Shown here one piece after another: positions 20,301 to 29,666 of a DNA stretch of 64,000 bases. Source of the DNA: an uncultured Prevotella sp. (GTDB lineage Bacteria > Bacteroidota > Bacteroidia > Bacteroidales > Bacteroidaceae); contig CALFUF010000049.1 of NCBI GenBank assembly GCA_937916405.1, positions 3,750 through 67,749 on the forward strand, given 5' to 3'. The notes under the pieces were generated by a model. The model was not told the origin of the DNA, searched no databases, and saw only the letters and a list, made by a program, of their open reading frames with translations. Every line of letters starts with the position of its first letter. Position 1 is the stretch's first letter. Made by a program: the position numbers and the translations under genes.

Positions 20301-23300
20301 CGCACATACACATCGTCTTCATACAGACCATACAGGTTCGTCAGTTTTTTTGCAGAGTTGCCCATGTCTGCCACAGCACCGTAATACAGGAACTGGTCGA
20401 TATTCAGTAGCGGAGACCTTATCTCTTCTGGCAGAACAGGAACAAAGTCATTTTCTTCTGCCGCACTCTGCGTCTGTGTAGCACTGACAGCAAGCGAACC
20501 GTATTTCACATCGTTACTGCCATTCGTTCCATTAGTGTATACATAATAGGTATAGGTATGCTGCACGTCATCAAAGAGTAGAATCTGGTTTTTGATGCCG
20601 TTACTAGTAAACGTACCGCTTGTACTCGTAAAACTATTTTCTGGCGACATACGAGCATCTTTGTCTGTGGCATCCTTTCCTTGCAGGAACTTAAATGTAT
20701 AGTCATTCTCTTCCGCACTGGCAAATGCATAGCCACCATCAGGATATGAGAGGACAACAAATCGCGGTGACTTATCGTTTATTAAGGCTTCACTTCCCTT
20801 TTGTCGGTTGTAGATATGCATGGCATACGGGTCTGGATCGCTTTGCGGAGATGCCAAGAACTTCCACTGCCACTTCTTATCATCATTATCCACAGGGTCA
20901 GGTTTTGTAGAGCTATCAGCTTCACCATAATAGATTCCTGCCGTAGTACTGACAGTGGTGTACTGCATATCATGGTTGTTCAGCTTCATGGTTAGCCACT
21001 TGCCCTTCAGAATGCCAAGGTCATCGGCATCTGGATCGTAGTTATAACGTACGAAAACATTGTTTGTACTTTCTGCAAGCCCAGCACCAGCTAACGATTC
21101 TGCTATCTCACTGCGAGTTGTTCCATCGTAAATCTTACTGCCGCTATCATAGGTGTATCCTTTATAGAACACGAAATCTTTTGCAAGAGGACTCATCAGA
21201 TGTGAAGGGATTGAAGGAATAAGGTCACCACCTGACTGATATGATATCGATGACTTTCCATCGTTATCTATAATGCGATAGTTATACACCAGTGGACGAT
21301 ATAGATAGGTGTAGGAATTTGCAATGTTTGGGTCGGTAGAAGCTACCAATTCCGTGAAGTCCTTCATGCGTTTCGTGTGGTCGAAGCGAGGCATCAGTTG
21401 CATATTTCCGTTTTCGTCCTGCACTGCCATAAAGGTGGCATTAGTCATCTGTAGCGTACGGTTGTCCATACCACCAGTGAATGTCGTGGAGACAGCTGCC
21501 TTTGTACCTAATGAATTAGTCGTTCCGTCACCCACTATCGCACCTTCGTCAATCTCTGCCTTGGTGGCATTGGTCACGAAGTACGAGGATGTATGTGCGA
21601 CACTCGATATCTGGATATTGTACGGGTCAAAGCCACTCGCACTGAAGTCTGTCACCGTGTAGTCGTTAGTCCAGTCGTGAGCATAGCCTTCTGGGAACTT
21701 TGTCGCGTCCAGATATCCCATCTCGATGTCAATGTCGGCATTGGGCTTCAACGTCCACAGCTCATTATTCTTAGTACCATCGGTAAGTGTTGTAATATTG
21801 TCGATGATATACTTCGACATTCCGCCAGTGGCAGGAACATCATTATCATTCTTGAGAGTAGAAGCATCAGTTGCCGAAGCGAAGTGGCTGCCTTGCTGGA
21901 TAAGGAACGGCTCGCCAAGACTCTGCACGTATTCATCCTTCACGACGTAGGTGACATATTGGTCAAGGATGTTGCCCTTGGCATCTTTCACGTTAGTGGC
22001 ATCGACGGGTGGCAAGTCACCTAACGATGTTGACGAGAAATTAACACCACCTTCACTGACAGGCTGGCTGAGGTTGTAATACTGATGGAAGCCAGTGCGC
22101 TTAGAGGTCTTTGTCCAGAAGTGATACTCCTTCACCATCGGACTGTCATAGACACGCAAGGCAGCATGCTTGGCCTCCAAGTCAGGGTCATCCTCACTGC
22201 TGGGCAGCGGCTTACGCATAATCTCCCAACCGTGCTGGTCGAGCAGAATAAGGGCTGGATCGATAGTGATGGGCACAAGGTCAAAGTAGCCCTCGCCCAT
22301 GTTCACGGTCTGATACCAGTGCTCTATAGGTTCCCAGCCCTTGCTCTTGGCTCCGGAAACATTATATCCGTTCCATCGCTTGCCGTATGCCCACTGCTCA
22401 TAGCTGTGCCAACCCATACCTGCAGGTAATGCTGTAGTGCTTGTTTCCAAATAAGTTCTGTTGCTGTCCATACCTACAGCAGAGACAGTAGGCGTAAGAG
22501 GTGTGGCAGGCACGGTACTCGGGTCACTCTGGCTCTCTTTGGCTCCACTGTCGCCCAGCACCTTCTTACGAATGGTGTCCCATGTCTTCCAGTACTGTTC
22601 GAATGAGGTGACGGTGCGGCGCTCATTGGACTCGCCTTCGTCAGCAGTATCACCGTCATCATTCAGGTCGATTGCCACCGTGTTGGTTGTTACCAGCCTG
22701 AACTGTCCTGTGGTACCCAGCACCATATATTCCGTACCAAGCACACCAGATACACCAGGCCATGCCAAAGTAGTCACCAAATGCTTTGTGCCGCCGTAGG
22801 TCTCAACGTAGGTATGGAAGTAAGCACGTGCCTGGTCGTTATTGTATGTCTCCGTCTGGCGCGAGCAGATCTTTACGTGGTAGGGGTCGTTATTAGCACT
22901 CTCTAAGAACCACGCCCAACGGGTACGGGTGCTGGCAGCACCCTGTTGCTGAATATCAAACTGCTCCTGTCCATATACGAAGAAGTTGCAGTCACCGTTA
23001 CAATAGGGATATATTGCCTTCTGTGCCACTGAGGACAAGCCATCGCTACCATTCTCCTGCTTGAAGGTGTCGCCCATATCATACTTCAGCAGATACATAA
23101 TCTTCTTGTTCTGCAGGTCGTAAGCGTCGCTGGTGTCATAGGTGACGTAGATGTCATTGTTAGCCCCAACAGAAGAAAGTTCGCTCTGTGATGTTTTCAG
23201 AGTGTACTTACTGTCTGCAATGTCGAAGTTGCTGGATAACCAATAGTGATATGTTGCCACTAACGGACTTCGATAGTCTGTGGGGAACATGGGCGTGTCA

Positions 23301-26155
23301 CTGGATGACTGACGAGCCACAACCTGCAACAGGTCCGTACCCGCCTTGTCAATCAAGTGATAGGTGACATTCTGTGCGTCTTGTGCCGTCAGAAGGAAGC
23401 GCAACTGGTCGTAGCCGTGAGCATAGGTAGCGTTGCTGAATATCTTCGTGCCTGTGTTATCACGACCTATGTTATAATAAGTAGTGGAGGCATCCACTCC
23501 ATCTCCAGTGGCATACATCACTTCATATACACCTGTATAGGTGCTATTCTTGATGATGAATTTAGTGGCATTTGTTTCTGACGCATCCCAACCTAGTGCT
23601 GTATTGTCTTCGGCAGATGCTGTCACGTATTCCGCAGCAAGATTATTCTTTATCGTCATTGCGTATGGGTCAGTGCCACCATTTACCCAGAGGAATCTGC
23701 TTTCAGAAGCTTCGTCGTTCGTTATAGTTGCCTGACTCTTGATTGTTCCGGAACTACTGTCGTAATAGATATACTCACCATTCAGACGAACGTTGACTGC
23801 ATGTTTTCCATCTATATAATTCTTATATTCAGTAGCTACGCCTGATATGTCGTAACGCACCCAGATGTCTTGAGTCGCGTCTGTGCCATTGTCAGGAGCG
23901 TAGGTGATAGCAGAAGAACCAGATGACGCATTGCTTGCACTTGCGTAGAACGAAAGTGTTGCACCAGTCATACCTACAAACGGGCTGCGGATAATCTCAG
24001 GGATATGTGCGAAGTCAAGTTTTACGCCAGTCTCCTGCGTGACAGTAGCCTTGGCAGCGATGTCGCCAGCGTCATTTCGCATAATGTGATAGACATAGCT
24101 CTTGGTAGGTACATCAATAACTGTCAGACGAGCGGCTTGATTAGCGCCACCGTAAAGGGCGTAATTACCTGTACCATAGTGCCAGCCAAATACTGTTGTA
24201 TCATTAAACTTATTCAGTCGGAAACAATCAGAGTAGTTGCCTGTGTTGTCATCATATATCATCTCCCATGATGTACCATCACCTTCTATATAATTACCTG
24301 TATCATTAATAGTCACGTATTTCAGCGAACCAGCATCGTCAGATGCCTTGCGTGACACTATTTTCATCTCAAAGGGGTCACCTACGAAGGCGAAGTGACT
24401 GTCACGTCCATAGCGGGAGTGACTACTCTTTGTGTGGAAGTTGTAATGATCTATAGTTCCGCCGCTATCGTTTTTCTTTTCCGCCCATGCTATATACTGT
24501 ACCTCCTTGTTGGTATAGAAGTTATACCATTTCAAGTCATCGTAGGTGGGACTAGGCTTCAAACACGTCTCAAACGGCATGTTGGTTTCATACTTCAGAT
24601 AGATGACTTTGCGAGTGACACCGTTAATGTCTTCGGTTGTTGTGCAATTGGTGGCAGCAGTGGCAAAAGTGCTAACGGCACTTGTCAAATTGTCGTCAGA
24701 ATATGCCCCTTTAAAGGTCACATACTTGCGCTTCAGTGCTTCTGGTATGCAGGTCATTGGGTCGTCGTCGCCAAAGATGGTACTCATGTCGAGCGTGGCA
24801 GATGCGTAATGGCCAAACGGGGTCTTTACTTTATAGACGAAGTGTTCTATGGCACCTATCTTCACAAGTATGGCATTATCACACTTCTTGGCATCGCTAT
24901 CAGGAAGTTTGATTTGAGGATTCAAACCGCCATTGGGTTGGAGAAAATAATACTGACCCGCAGGCAAATTGTCCTGAGCTGTAGTTGTGGGCTGGTTGGT
25001 CTGACCATTGTAGTTCATCTTTGATGCAACGAATGCATATTCACCTCCATCGTGATCAAATGATTGCCAGTTTGCTGGCTTGCTTAGGTTTGGATGGTTA
25101 ATCAGTACAAAGGCACTGACAACTGGTTGTACCTTTGACCCCTCGTTATTGTCCTTAAAGGTTCCAGGGACTTCTGTTGAGGTGGCTTCTGATGCTGATG
25201 TCCATCGCAGGTAATCCTCATTCTGCAGCCACATGTTGTTTTTGATATTACCATACAGAATACCTCCATCGGGTTTCTTTTTCAGGTTGTTCTGTGTATA
25301 AGTCCAGTTGTCATGCGCATAGGTGTAGCCATTCTGAATAATGATATGATAAGGGTCGCCGCCTTGCAGCTTGAAGAGGAAGTATAAGTTGGCAGAGGTG
25401 ACTTTGTTGTCTCCAAAACTTACACCATCCTCTGCTGTAGTTATATTGACAATTTTGTCCTCAAACATCTTGACCTTAGTCGTTGTGAAGTATTGAGTCC
25501 TGTCGAAAACTGCGTCACCATTGCTTACTTTACTATCCAATGGGGCCGTGATACGGTTGCCACGGTCACGGTTATAGGCAAGGAAACGGTCCTTGGAAAG
25601 CTGGATGCTGTATCTTTTAGTGCCGTCGAGTTTGAGGCTCTGACCTTTTGGGGTACAATAGGTAGAACTTAAAGGGTCATAGGTATAGATGACATAGATA
25701 TGATCTCCATCGGAAACACCAGAACTACTTCCTGCAGTAAGGTCGGGGTCATCATCAACTCCGTCCGAATTATCATCTTTTATCTGATACAGATCCAACT
25801 TCGTGTTATTGTTGGCATAGACACTCGCTTGCGACGTTTTTGTAATCTTCGATGCTGAATAATACTTATACGCAGCATCCTTCAGCAGCGGACTTTTGAA
25901 GACCTCGGGCAGTCCAACCGTTGTAGAGGTGCTGGTGCACACCAATGCCTCGTAGCGATAATTGACCGCGGTATATCTTGTCGAATTGAAATTCCAGTCA
26001 TGCAGTTTTCCTGCTCCACCAGTCGTGCTGATTGGCAGCGTCAAGATATGGTATGTCACTGTTGCCGCCCACGCTTCATTCACCATGCCGCCCAAAAGCA
26101 ACAGGGTCAGCAGGAGGGGGTATATACGGGTATGTCGTCTCTTTATTGTCAGCAT
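17375..26155 (-). CDS. Giant (2926 aa) secreted repeat protein with Prevotella-type T9SS-like C-terminal domain
   Basis: Signal peptide (LLLTLLLLGGMVNEAWA), recurring SPL and DPY modules, C-terminal IYDLMGRKV...GIYILNGKKF. Confidence 0.8.
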   Translation of the reverse strand: MLTIKRRHTRIYPLLLTLLLLGGMVNEAWAATVTYHILTLPISTTGGAGKLHDWNFNSTRYTAVNYRYEALVCTSTSTTVGLPEVFKSPLLKDAAYKYYSASKITKTSQASVYANNNTKLDLYQIKDDNSDGVDDDPDLTAGSSSGVSDGDHIYVIYTYDPLSSTYCTPKGQSLKLDGTKRYSIQLSKDRFLAYNRDRGNRITAPLDSKVSNGDAVFDRTQYFTTTKVKMFEDKIVNITTAEDGVSFGDNKVTSANLYFLFKLQGGDPYHIIIQNGYTYAHDNWTYTQNNLKKKPDGGILYGNIKNNMWLQNEDYLRWTSASEATSTEVPGTFKDNNEGSKVQPVVSAFVLINHPNLSKPANWQSFDHDGGEYAFVASKMNYNGQTNQPTTTAQDNLPAGQYYFLQPNGGLNPQIKLPDSDAKKCDNAILVKIGAIEHFVYKVKTPFGHYASATLDMSTIFGDDDPMTCIPEALKRKYVTFKGAYSDDNLTSAVSTFATAATNCTTTEDINGVTRKVIYLKYETNMPFETCLKPSPTYDDLKWYNFYTNKEVQYIAWAEKKNDSGGTIDHYNFHTKSSHSRYGRDSHFAFVGDPFEMKIVSRKASDDAGSLKYVTINDTGNYIEGDGTSWEMIYDDNTGNYSDCFRLNKFNDTTVFGWHYGTGNYALYGGANQAARLTVIDVPTKSYVYHIMRNDAGDIAAKATVTQETGVKLDFAHIPEIIRSPFVGMTGATLSFYASASNASSGSSAITYAPDNGTDATQDIWVRYDISGVATEYKNYIDGKHAVNVRLNGEYIYYDSSSGTIKSQATITNDEASESRFLWVNGGTDPYAMTIKNNLAAEYVTASAEDNTALGWDASETNATKFIIKNSTYTGVYEVMYATGDGVDASTTYYNIGRDNTGTKIFSNATYAHGYDQLRFLLTAQDAQNVTYHLIDKAGTDLLQVVARQSSSDTPMFPTDYRSPLVATYHYWLSSNFDIADSKYTLKTSQSELSSVGANNDIYVTYDTSDAYDLQNKKIMYLLKYDMGDTFKQENGSDGLSSVAQKAIYPYCNGDCNFFVYGQEQFDIQQQGAASTRTRWAWFLESANNDPYHVKICSRQTETYNNDQARAYFHTYVETYGGTKHLVTTLAWPGVSGVLGTEYMVLGTTGQFRLVTTNTVAIDLNDDGDTADEGESNERRTVTSFEQYWKTWDTIRKKVLGDSGAKESQSDPSTVPATPLTPTVSAVGMDSNRTYLETSTTALPAGMGWHSYEQWAYGKRWNGYNVSGAKSKGWEPIEHWYQTVNMGEGYFDLVPITIDPALILLDQHGWEIMRKPLPSSEDDPDLEAKHAALRVYDSPMVKEYHFWTKTSKRTGFHQYYNLSQPVSEGGVNFSSTSLGDLPPVDATNVKDAKGNILDQYVTYVVKDEYVQSLGEPFLIQQGSHFASATDASTLKNDNDVPATGGMSKYIIDNITTLTDGTKNNELWTLKPNADIDIEMGYLDATKFPEGYAHDWTNDYTVTDFSASGFDPYNIQISSVAHTSSYFVTNATKAEIDEGAIVGDGTTNSLGTKAAVSTTFTGGMDNRTLQMTNATFMAVQDENGNMQLMPRFDHTKRMKDFTELVASTDPNIANSYTYLYRPLVYNYRIIDNDGKSSISYQSGGDLIPSIPSHLMSPLAKDFVFYKGYTYDSGSKIYDGTTRSEIAESLAGAGLAESTNNVFVRYNYDPDADDLGILKGKWLTMKLNNHDMQYTTVSTTAGIYYGEADSSTKPDPVDNDDKKWQWKFLASPQSDPDPYAMHIYNRQKGSEALINDKSPRFVVLSYPDGGYAFASAEENDYTFKFLQGKDATDKDARMSPENSFTSTSGTFTSNGIKNQILLFDDVQHTYTYYVYTNGTNGSNDVKYGSLAVSATQTQSAAEENDFVPVLPEEIRSPLLNIDQFLYYGAVADMGNSAKKLTNLYGLYEDDVYVRYTDYDPLETEYKVPNVKAVVDSKVARDGSSNDAALDISGELVYNIIWYNDNMMQSTDNSAISDGGSHALDGAAAYVWQFEGNDPYAIKIKHKNAEKYADGTATLNATATTFMLLPSSDGWQYGVLAKTGDSRHQLSGYGQTLADTEAATPETPTKFIIFGLSTHKVIYHLVIQNIGSSVSIPYRATKDGSETTTSISISGSTKRDLTTTTTVTGDTYQLGSTINGLNYCVDNGHVTLGAPLAVPAALERPNCKYFYYVEGVYTDEDCDRSQSSHVHELDVQYRGLQITKMGKEPELVGSTVRINVVYEFNDGLTETNNGSHFVTNATGTEWYSFETSDDTPYLAHYTYKNAKLSGVAGRVGHYTNDFLWSPVGDPYGFVMYNRYVYKNGGHTDYVMTTSSTPAVDADLVVQEDTDSDRPVYELLPGNTDGYFKVQTLTAAGGTPLYLDNNAGVMTLKASTSTEWTFGLSDPLLDPYYLGAGNVGGLNPTGKAAYDEAADLMAKQAIVYNDVNIVQFTPGYYRLFNEPNSSGITTPRYLSGYTHKIELTAGESSTAIPMHFYEMKGVNTTFEVLGSGFTTSSATHGVIPITGPEYDPASIFYITGSSSGATMQTQGLYVNGAAMTESPGSATSFIIDDLGGAVVTLRNASDRATASYLNYNQETYKYDAKFTPNIGIADETKWCMEPANTLGLYIETHSGGEEAVLTDLWYYSSYCVPFDLLIADKDGDDAAHSSNAYTCVESDSPWNTTMLHPKPIGNYNTGTYADNDYFVPAGTPVLFSTKRATSYIKATIPTPSPSTPITTIFSAEYLEQLLPGWDNEKRVYVFGPKMDGNITLNTSTGEISAVLPSLGNTNVGFYLNANPNKELGMTKASWTRHNYYVLHNKIYYRETGSGSREMSMRGIQFVPVIFGDEEGGELPGEEEEDSSEGVTFQGDGCIYDLMGRKVATRQQVEDGSWRLLRPGIYILNGKKFRH

Positions 26156-26184
26156 CTGTAGTAGTTCTCAGTTTTCATTCATTA

Positions 26185-26240
26185 CATCTTACTTCATCCA
26201 TCTCACATCATCCATCACTCACTTCTCACCTCTCACCTCA
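26185..26240. repeat. Degenerate heptamer array overlapping the stop of the AAA/PDDEXK gene
   Basis: Minus strand GAGGTGA GAGGTGA GAAGTGA ... encodes EVRGEK*. Confidence 0.7.
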
Positions 26241-27796
26241 ATCCTACAGTCATGAGCCTTGGTCTCGCGGTTGTAGTTGATGCCAACCAACAACAAGCGG
26301 TTAGCGTATGGAGCCACCTTGGCAGGATACTGCTTGCGCTTGATCTGGTCGATGGCGGCATCAGCATCCTTGTTATATTTCAATTCCACGACGATGGCAG
26401 GTGAGTCTACATTCTTGCGAGGAATAAGCACGATATCCGCAAAGCCCTTACCCGTAGGCAACTCACGATGTACGATATAGTCGTTCTTCGCATAGTAATA
26501 GGCAAGACTCAGCACACATGCCAGCGAGTTCTCGTTGTTGTACGAGAGGATGCTGGTATTCTCGTCGTGTACTGTCTCGATGGCACGAGCCACAGCATCG
26601 CTATCGCCTGCCAGTGTATCGGCAAGGAGCTGTTCTGACTGCTGCAGGGCATTCACTACCGGACTCCAGTTGTTGCTTTCTATGGCATTCGCCATTTCGC
26701 CTCCCACCTCCTTGTTAGGGATATAGCACTCGTCCTTGCGCCAGTCATAGCCCAAGTAACCCAAGTGGATAAGTACTGTCAAGGCATCGTCTTTGCTACG
26801 GATGACGGACATATCATTCTGGAACTTAGTCGGATTGACCTTGCTGCGTCCGCCTGCCAGCATATAGATAATGTCGTCTTTCAGACCCTCAAAGTTCATG
26901 TTGATGTAATTGGTTACAGCATCGACAGCACCAGTGGTTGCCCAATAACTGCGGCAGCGACCTGTGTCTATCGCCTGCATAACAGAGTTCGGGTTGAACA
27001 TCGACAGTTCGTCACCTATCTGGTAACCGTCATACCATTTCACCATCTCGTCGAAGTCCATCTGGTATTTCTCTGCAAGCATCCTCACCTCTTCCTTGGT
27101 AAATCCGAAAAACTGAGCCATCCTGCGAGGCTCCACCATCGAATACTCGATGAAGTTATTCAGAGCCGACTCTGTCTTGTATTTCTTCACGGGTAGGATT
27201 CCTGTCATATAGACTCCGGCGAATACCCGTGCCGACATTCCTGCCTTAAACATACGTCGCAGCCAGTTGACATAGGCATCCATTGCGGTAGTTCCAGGTT
27301 TGAACTCGCGACAGATGGCATCCCACTCGTCGATGATAAAGATAAAAGTCTCGTTAGTCTTGGCATTGATGCGGATGAGCAACGCCATCAAGTCGTCCTC
27401 TTCCTTCACTGGTACGTCGGGGTAAGCCTCGTGGATGTCTGCCTTCATCTCTTCATTGATGTGCTGCATGATGGTGTCATCCTTGAAGCGCGTTACAAAG
27501 TCACTGACATCCAGATAAATGACAGGATATTTGTTCAGATGCTTCTCAAACTGCGGGTCACTGGCAATTCTCAGGTCAGCAAACAGTTGGCGAGAGTCGC
27601 ACGACTGGTCGTAGTAGGCACACAGCATCTTTGCCGCCATCGACTTACCGAAGCGGCGGCAGCGCGTGACGCAACTGAAACTACGTTCCGTGAACAGCGT
27701 CGAGTTGACAACGCTGATAAGTTCCGATTTGTCAACATACTCGCTGTTGCGAGCCCTCACAAATCCTGCGTTTCCTGTATTTATATATATTCCCAT
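26219..27796 (-). CDS. AAA-ATPase-like + PD-(D/E)xK (PDDEXK_9-like) protein
   Basis: YVDKS, RCRRFGKS, IIDEWD, MTGILP, WYDGY, GFADIVL..VVELKY; ATG at 27796 (MGIYINTG) preferred because the upstream extension is repeat-derived. Confidence 0.88.
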   Translation of the reverse strand: MGIYINTGNAGFVRARNSEYVDKSELISVVNSTLFTERSFSCVTRCRRFGKSMAAKMLCAYYDQSCDSRQLFADLRIASDPQFEKHLNKYPVIYLDVSDFVTRFKDDTIMQHINEEMKADIHEAYPDVPVKEEDDLMALLIRINAKTNETFIFIIDEWDAICREFKPGTTAMDAYVNWLRRMFKAGMSARVFAGVYMTGILPVKKYKTESALNNFIEYSMVEPRRMAQFFGFTKEEVRMLAEKYQMDFDEMVKWYDGYQIGDELSMFNPNSVMQAIDTGRCRSYWATTGAVDAVTNYINMNFEGLKDDIIYMLAGGRSKVNPTKFQNDMSVIRSKDDALTVLIHLGYLGYDWRKDECYIPNKEVGGEMANAIESNNWSPVVNALQQSEQLLADTLAGDSDAVARAIETVHDENTSILSYNNENSLACVLSLAYYYAKNDYIVHRELPTGKGFADIVLIPRKNVDSPAIVVELKYNKDADAAIDQIKRKQYPAKVAPYANRLLLVGINYNRETKAHDCRIEVRGEK

Positions 27797-27851
27797 CTTA
27801 CTTCTTACATCTTTCTCACCTCTTACCACTCACCTCTCACTTCTCACCACT
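27797..27851. repeat. Heptamer array between the fimbrillin stop and the ATPase start
   Basis: Minus strand GTGGTGA GAAGTGA GAGGTGA GTGGTAA GAGGTGA ... GATGTAA GAAGTAA GATG. Confidence 0.75.
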
Positions 27852-28797
27852 GTTCCGTAAACTTCGATATGTTCACTATCAAGTCGTCTGGTGAGATGGT
27901 GAAGGTATAAGTATAGCTATAACCAGGCTCCCAATCAGTGGGGACGGTGGTGGTCAGCGTATGCTCCACAGAGGTGTCCCCCCAGTCATTCCAACTGGCA
28001 TTGACCTCTATCTCTCCAGCCCATGACTGGGGGATGACAAGGTAGTAGGTAGGTGACGCTGCACCATTTACGTCAAGTGAAGTGACCGTAAGGTCAGTAT
28101 TGTCACCTGTGGTTGTCCATTGGGGCGATGCCGCCTCACTGTATGAGCCATTGTTCTTGATATTCTTGAACTTGATGGAATAGGAAGTAATGGCTGAATG
28201 GTCATAATTAGCCCATTGCATATTGATGCGGGCAAAGGGGTGTTGGAAATTCAGTGTTACACCTGTAGTACCCTGATTTGCTTTGTTCTGTCCTGTCTTA
28301 ACAGCATATATGAACTCTGTCGCAGTAGTCATGACAAGATTGGTGCATGTAAACGCCACGTTATGGTCTGCTGTATAGGTTGGACCTGTTATATACTCTG
28401 GTGTCGTTGCCGGCATATACGCAAAGAAGTCGAGGTTTCCTGTTGCGGGCCAGTAGTGCTTACCGTCGCTCCATTCCCATTTATCGTTTTCCCAGTTAAC
28501 GGTCGTTGGACTGATGTATGCCGTAGTGGTGTTTTCTGTATATACGCCACAGGTGAACGAGCCTTCTGTCTGTAGTGAAGTGGCATTATCAAACGTGGTG
28601 GCTCGCATACCCTCCATGAAGTTCCATGCCGTAGCATTGAGCTTGATCTCTTCCTTCTCGTCGGTAGGGACGGGAGAAACGGGAGGGTCTGAAGGGTCGT
28701 CACTGCCACTGGAACATGCCGTCAACAGGCATGTTAATGCCAGCAGAAAGTATCCGATATATCTATTTCGTTTCATTTTATGTTTCATAAAATGCAA
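27844..28797 (-). CDS. Fimbrillin-like (Mfa_like_1) lipoprotein
   Basis: Lipobox LLTACSS, GMRA, KHYWP..LDFFAYMP, LNFQHPFARI, WEPGYSYTYTFTI; true start may be a later Met. Confidence 0.82.
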   Translation of the reverse strand: MHFMKHKMKRNRYIGYFLLALTCLLTACSSGSDDPSDPPVSPVPTDEKEEIKLNATAWNFMEGMRATTFDNATSLQTEGSFTCGVYTENTTTAYISPTTVNWENDKWEWSDGKHYWPATGNLDFFAYMPATTPEYITGPTYTADHNVAFTCTNLVMTTATEFIYAVKTGQNKANQGTTGVTLNFQHPFARINMQWANYDHSAITSYSIKFKNIKNNGSYSEAASPQWTTTGDNTDLTVTSLDVNGAASPTYYLVIPQSWAGEIEVNASWNDWGDTSVEHTLTTTVPTDWEPGYSYTYTFTISPDDLIVNISKFTEQW

Positions 28798-28846
28798 AAG
28801 TAAGGATTTTTAGGGAAAACACCAAACTTTTCCCCAATTTTATTCC
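28793..28846 (-). promoter_or_regulatory. 54-bp promoter-containing direct repeat, copy serving the fimbrillin gene
   Basis: Identical to 29414..29467; minus strand reads TTTG...TACTTTTG. Confidence 0.85.
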
Positions 28847-29142
28847 TATCCGTGCATGTTCTGAGCATGGCAGGCATCATGTATAATGATAGTGCTTCCA
28901 TCTATAGAATATGCGAAATACCAATTACCTGCATGAGCCATAAACCATTTTTGCCATCGCTCAACAGTTGGTCTTCTACGCTGAAAAGTCACCTCAATGC
29001 CATAGATATTGTCAACAGTGTTGTTCACATATCTGAGCATGTCGTCATAAGAATATGTATTGGGATATTTCAAGCACACATTTCTGTAGAATGAACGTAC
29101 TTTCCTGACGGCAAGAGGTTTGATAATATACTTATATTGCAT
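28846..29142 (-). CDS. Putative RelE/ParE-like toxin
   Basis: 98 aa, basic, C-terminal WYFAYSIDGSTIIIHDACH pattern; overlaps the upstream small acidic ORF. Confidence 0.5.
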   Translation of the reverse strand: MQYKYIIKPLAVRKVRSFYRNVCLKYPNTYSYDDMLRYVNNTVDNIYGIEVTFQRRRPTVERWQKWFMAHAGNWYFAYSIDGSTIIIHDACHAQNMHG

Positions 29143-29389
29143 CTTTTACACCATAAATTTCCTTGAGGTCACCAATTAGCAACATCCTCAATTCCTCTGG
29201 TGTGTAATTCTCTTTTTCAAGAGGCATCTCCATCTCGTCAATCTCAAATAAAGAATTGTCAGAATAGTCAATGTCCATCTCCTCTGGAGCATTCAGTTGC
29301 TCAAACAGCCCAGTACGAAGCAGAGCAGCCAATTTCTCGGCAGCAACTTTATTGTTTTCGTTATAAGATAAAGTAACTACACACATCAT
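29132..29389 (-). CDS. Putative antitoxin (small acidic protein)
   Basis: 85 aa, acidic, 11-nt overlap with the downstream gene. Confidence 0.45.
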   Translation of the reverse strand: MMCVVTLSYNENNKVAAEKLAALLRTGLFEQLNAPEEMDIDYSDNSLFEIDEMEMPLEKENYTPEELRMLLIGDLKEIYGVKDAI

Positions 29390-29413
29390 CTCTCCCTTTT
29401 AAATGATTGCATT

Positions 29414-29467
29414 TGCAAAAGTAAGGATTTTTAGGGAAAACACCAAACTTTTCCCCAATTTTATTCC
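29414..29467 (-). promoter_or_regulatory. 54-bp promoter-containing direct repeat, copy serving the two-gene cassette
   Basis: TGCAAAAGTAAGGATTTTTAGGGAAAACACCAAACTTTTCCCCAATTTTATTCC, identical to 28793..28846. Confidence 0.85.
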
Positions 29468-29490
29468 AAAACACAGATCAGCAAAAAGCC

Positions 29491-29662
29491 CTTACACTTA
29501 CAGTACTTACAGTTACATTTTTAGTGAAAATCGCAGGGTATTACGTTATACTATATATATAATATATATATTATATATATAGTATATATTTATACGTAAT
29601 TTATGCGCGTTTTTGTTTTTCTCTTTATTGCAAACTTTAACTGTAAGAACTGTAAGTGTAAG
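29491..29662. repeat. 25-bp inverted repeat enclosing a perfect 40-bp AT-rich palindrome
   Basis: Arms 29491-29515 and 29638-29662 (1 mismatch, three CTTACA motifs each); palindrome 29547-29586. Confidence 0.85.
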
Positions 29663-29666
29663 ACAC

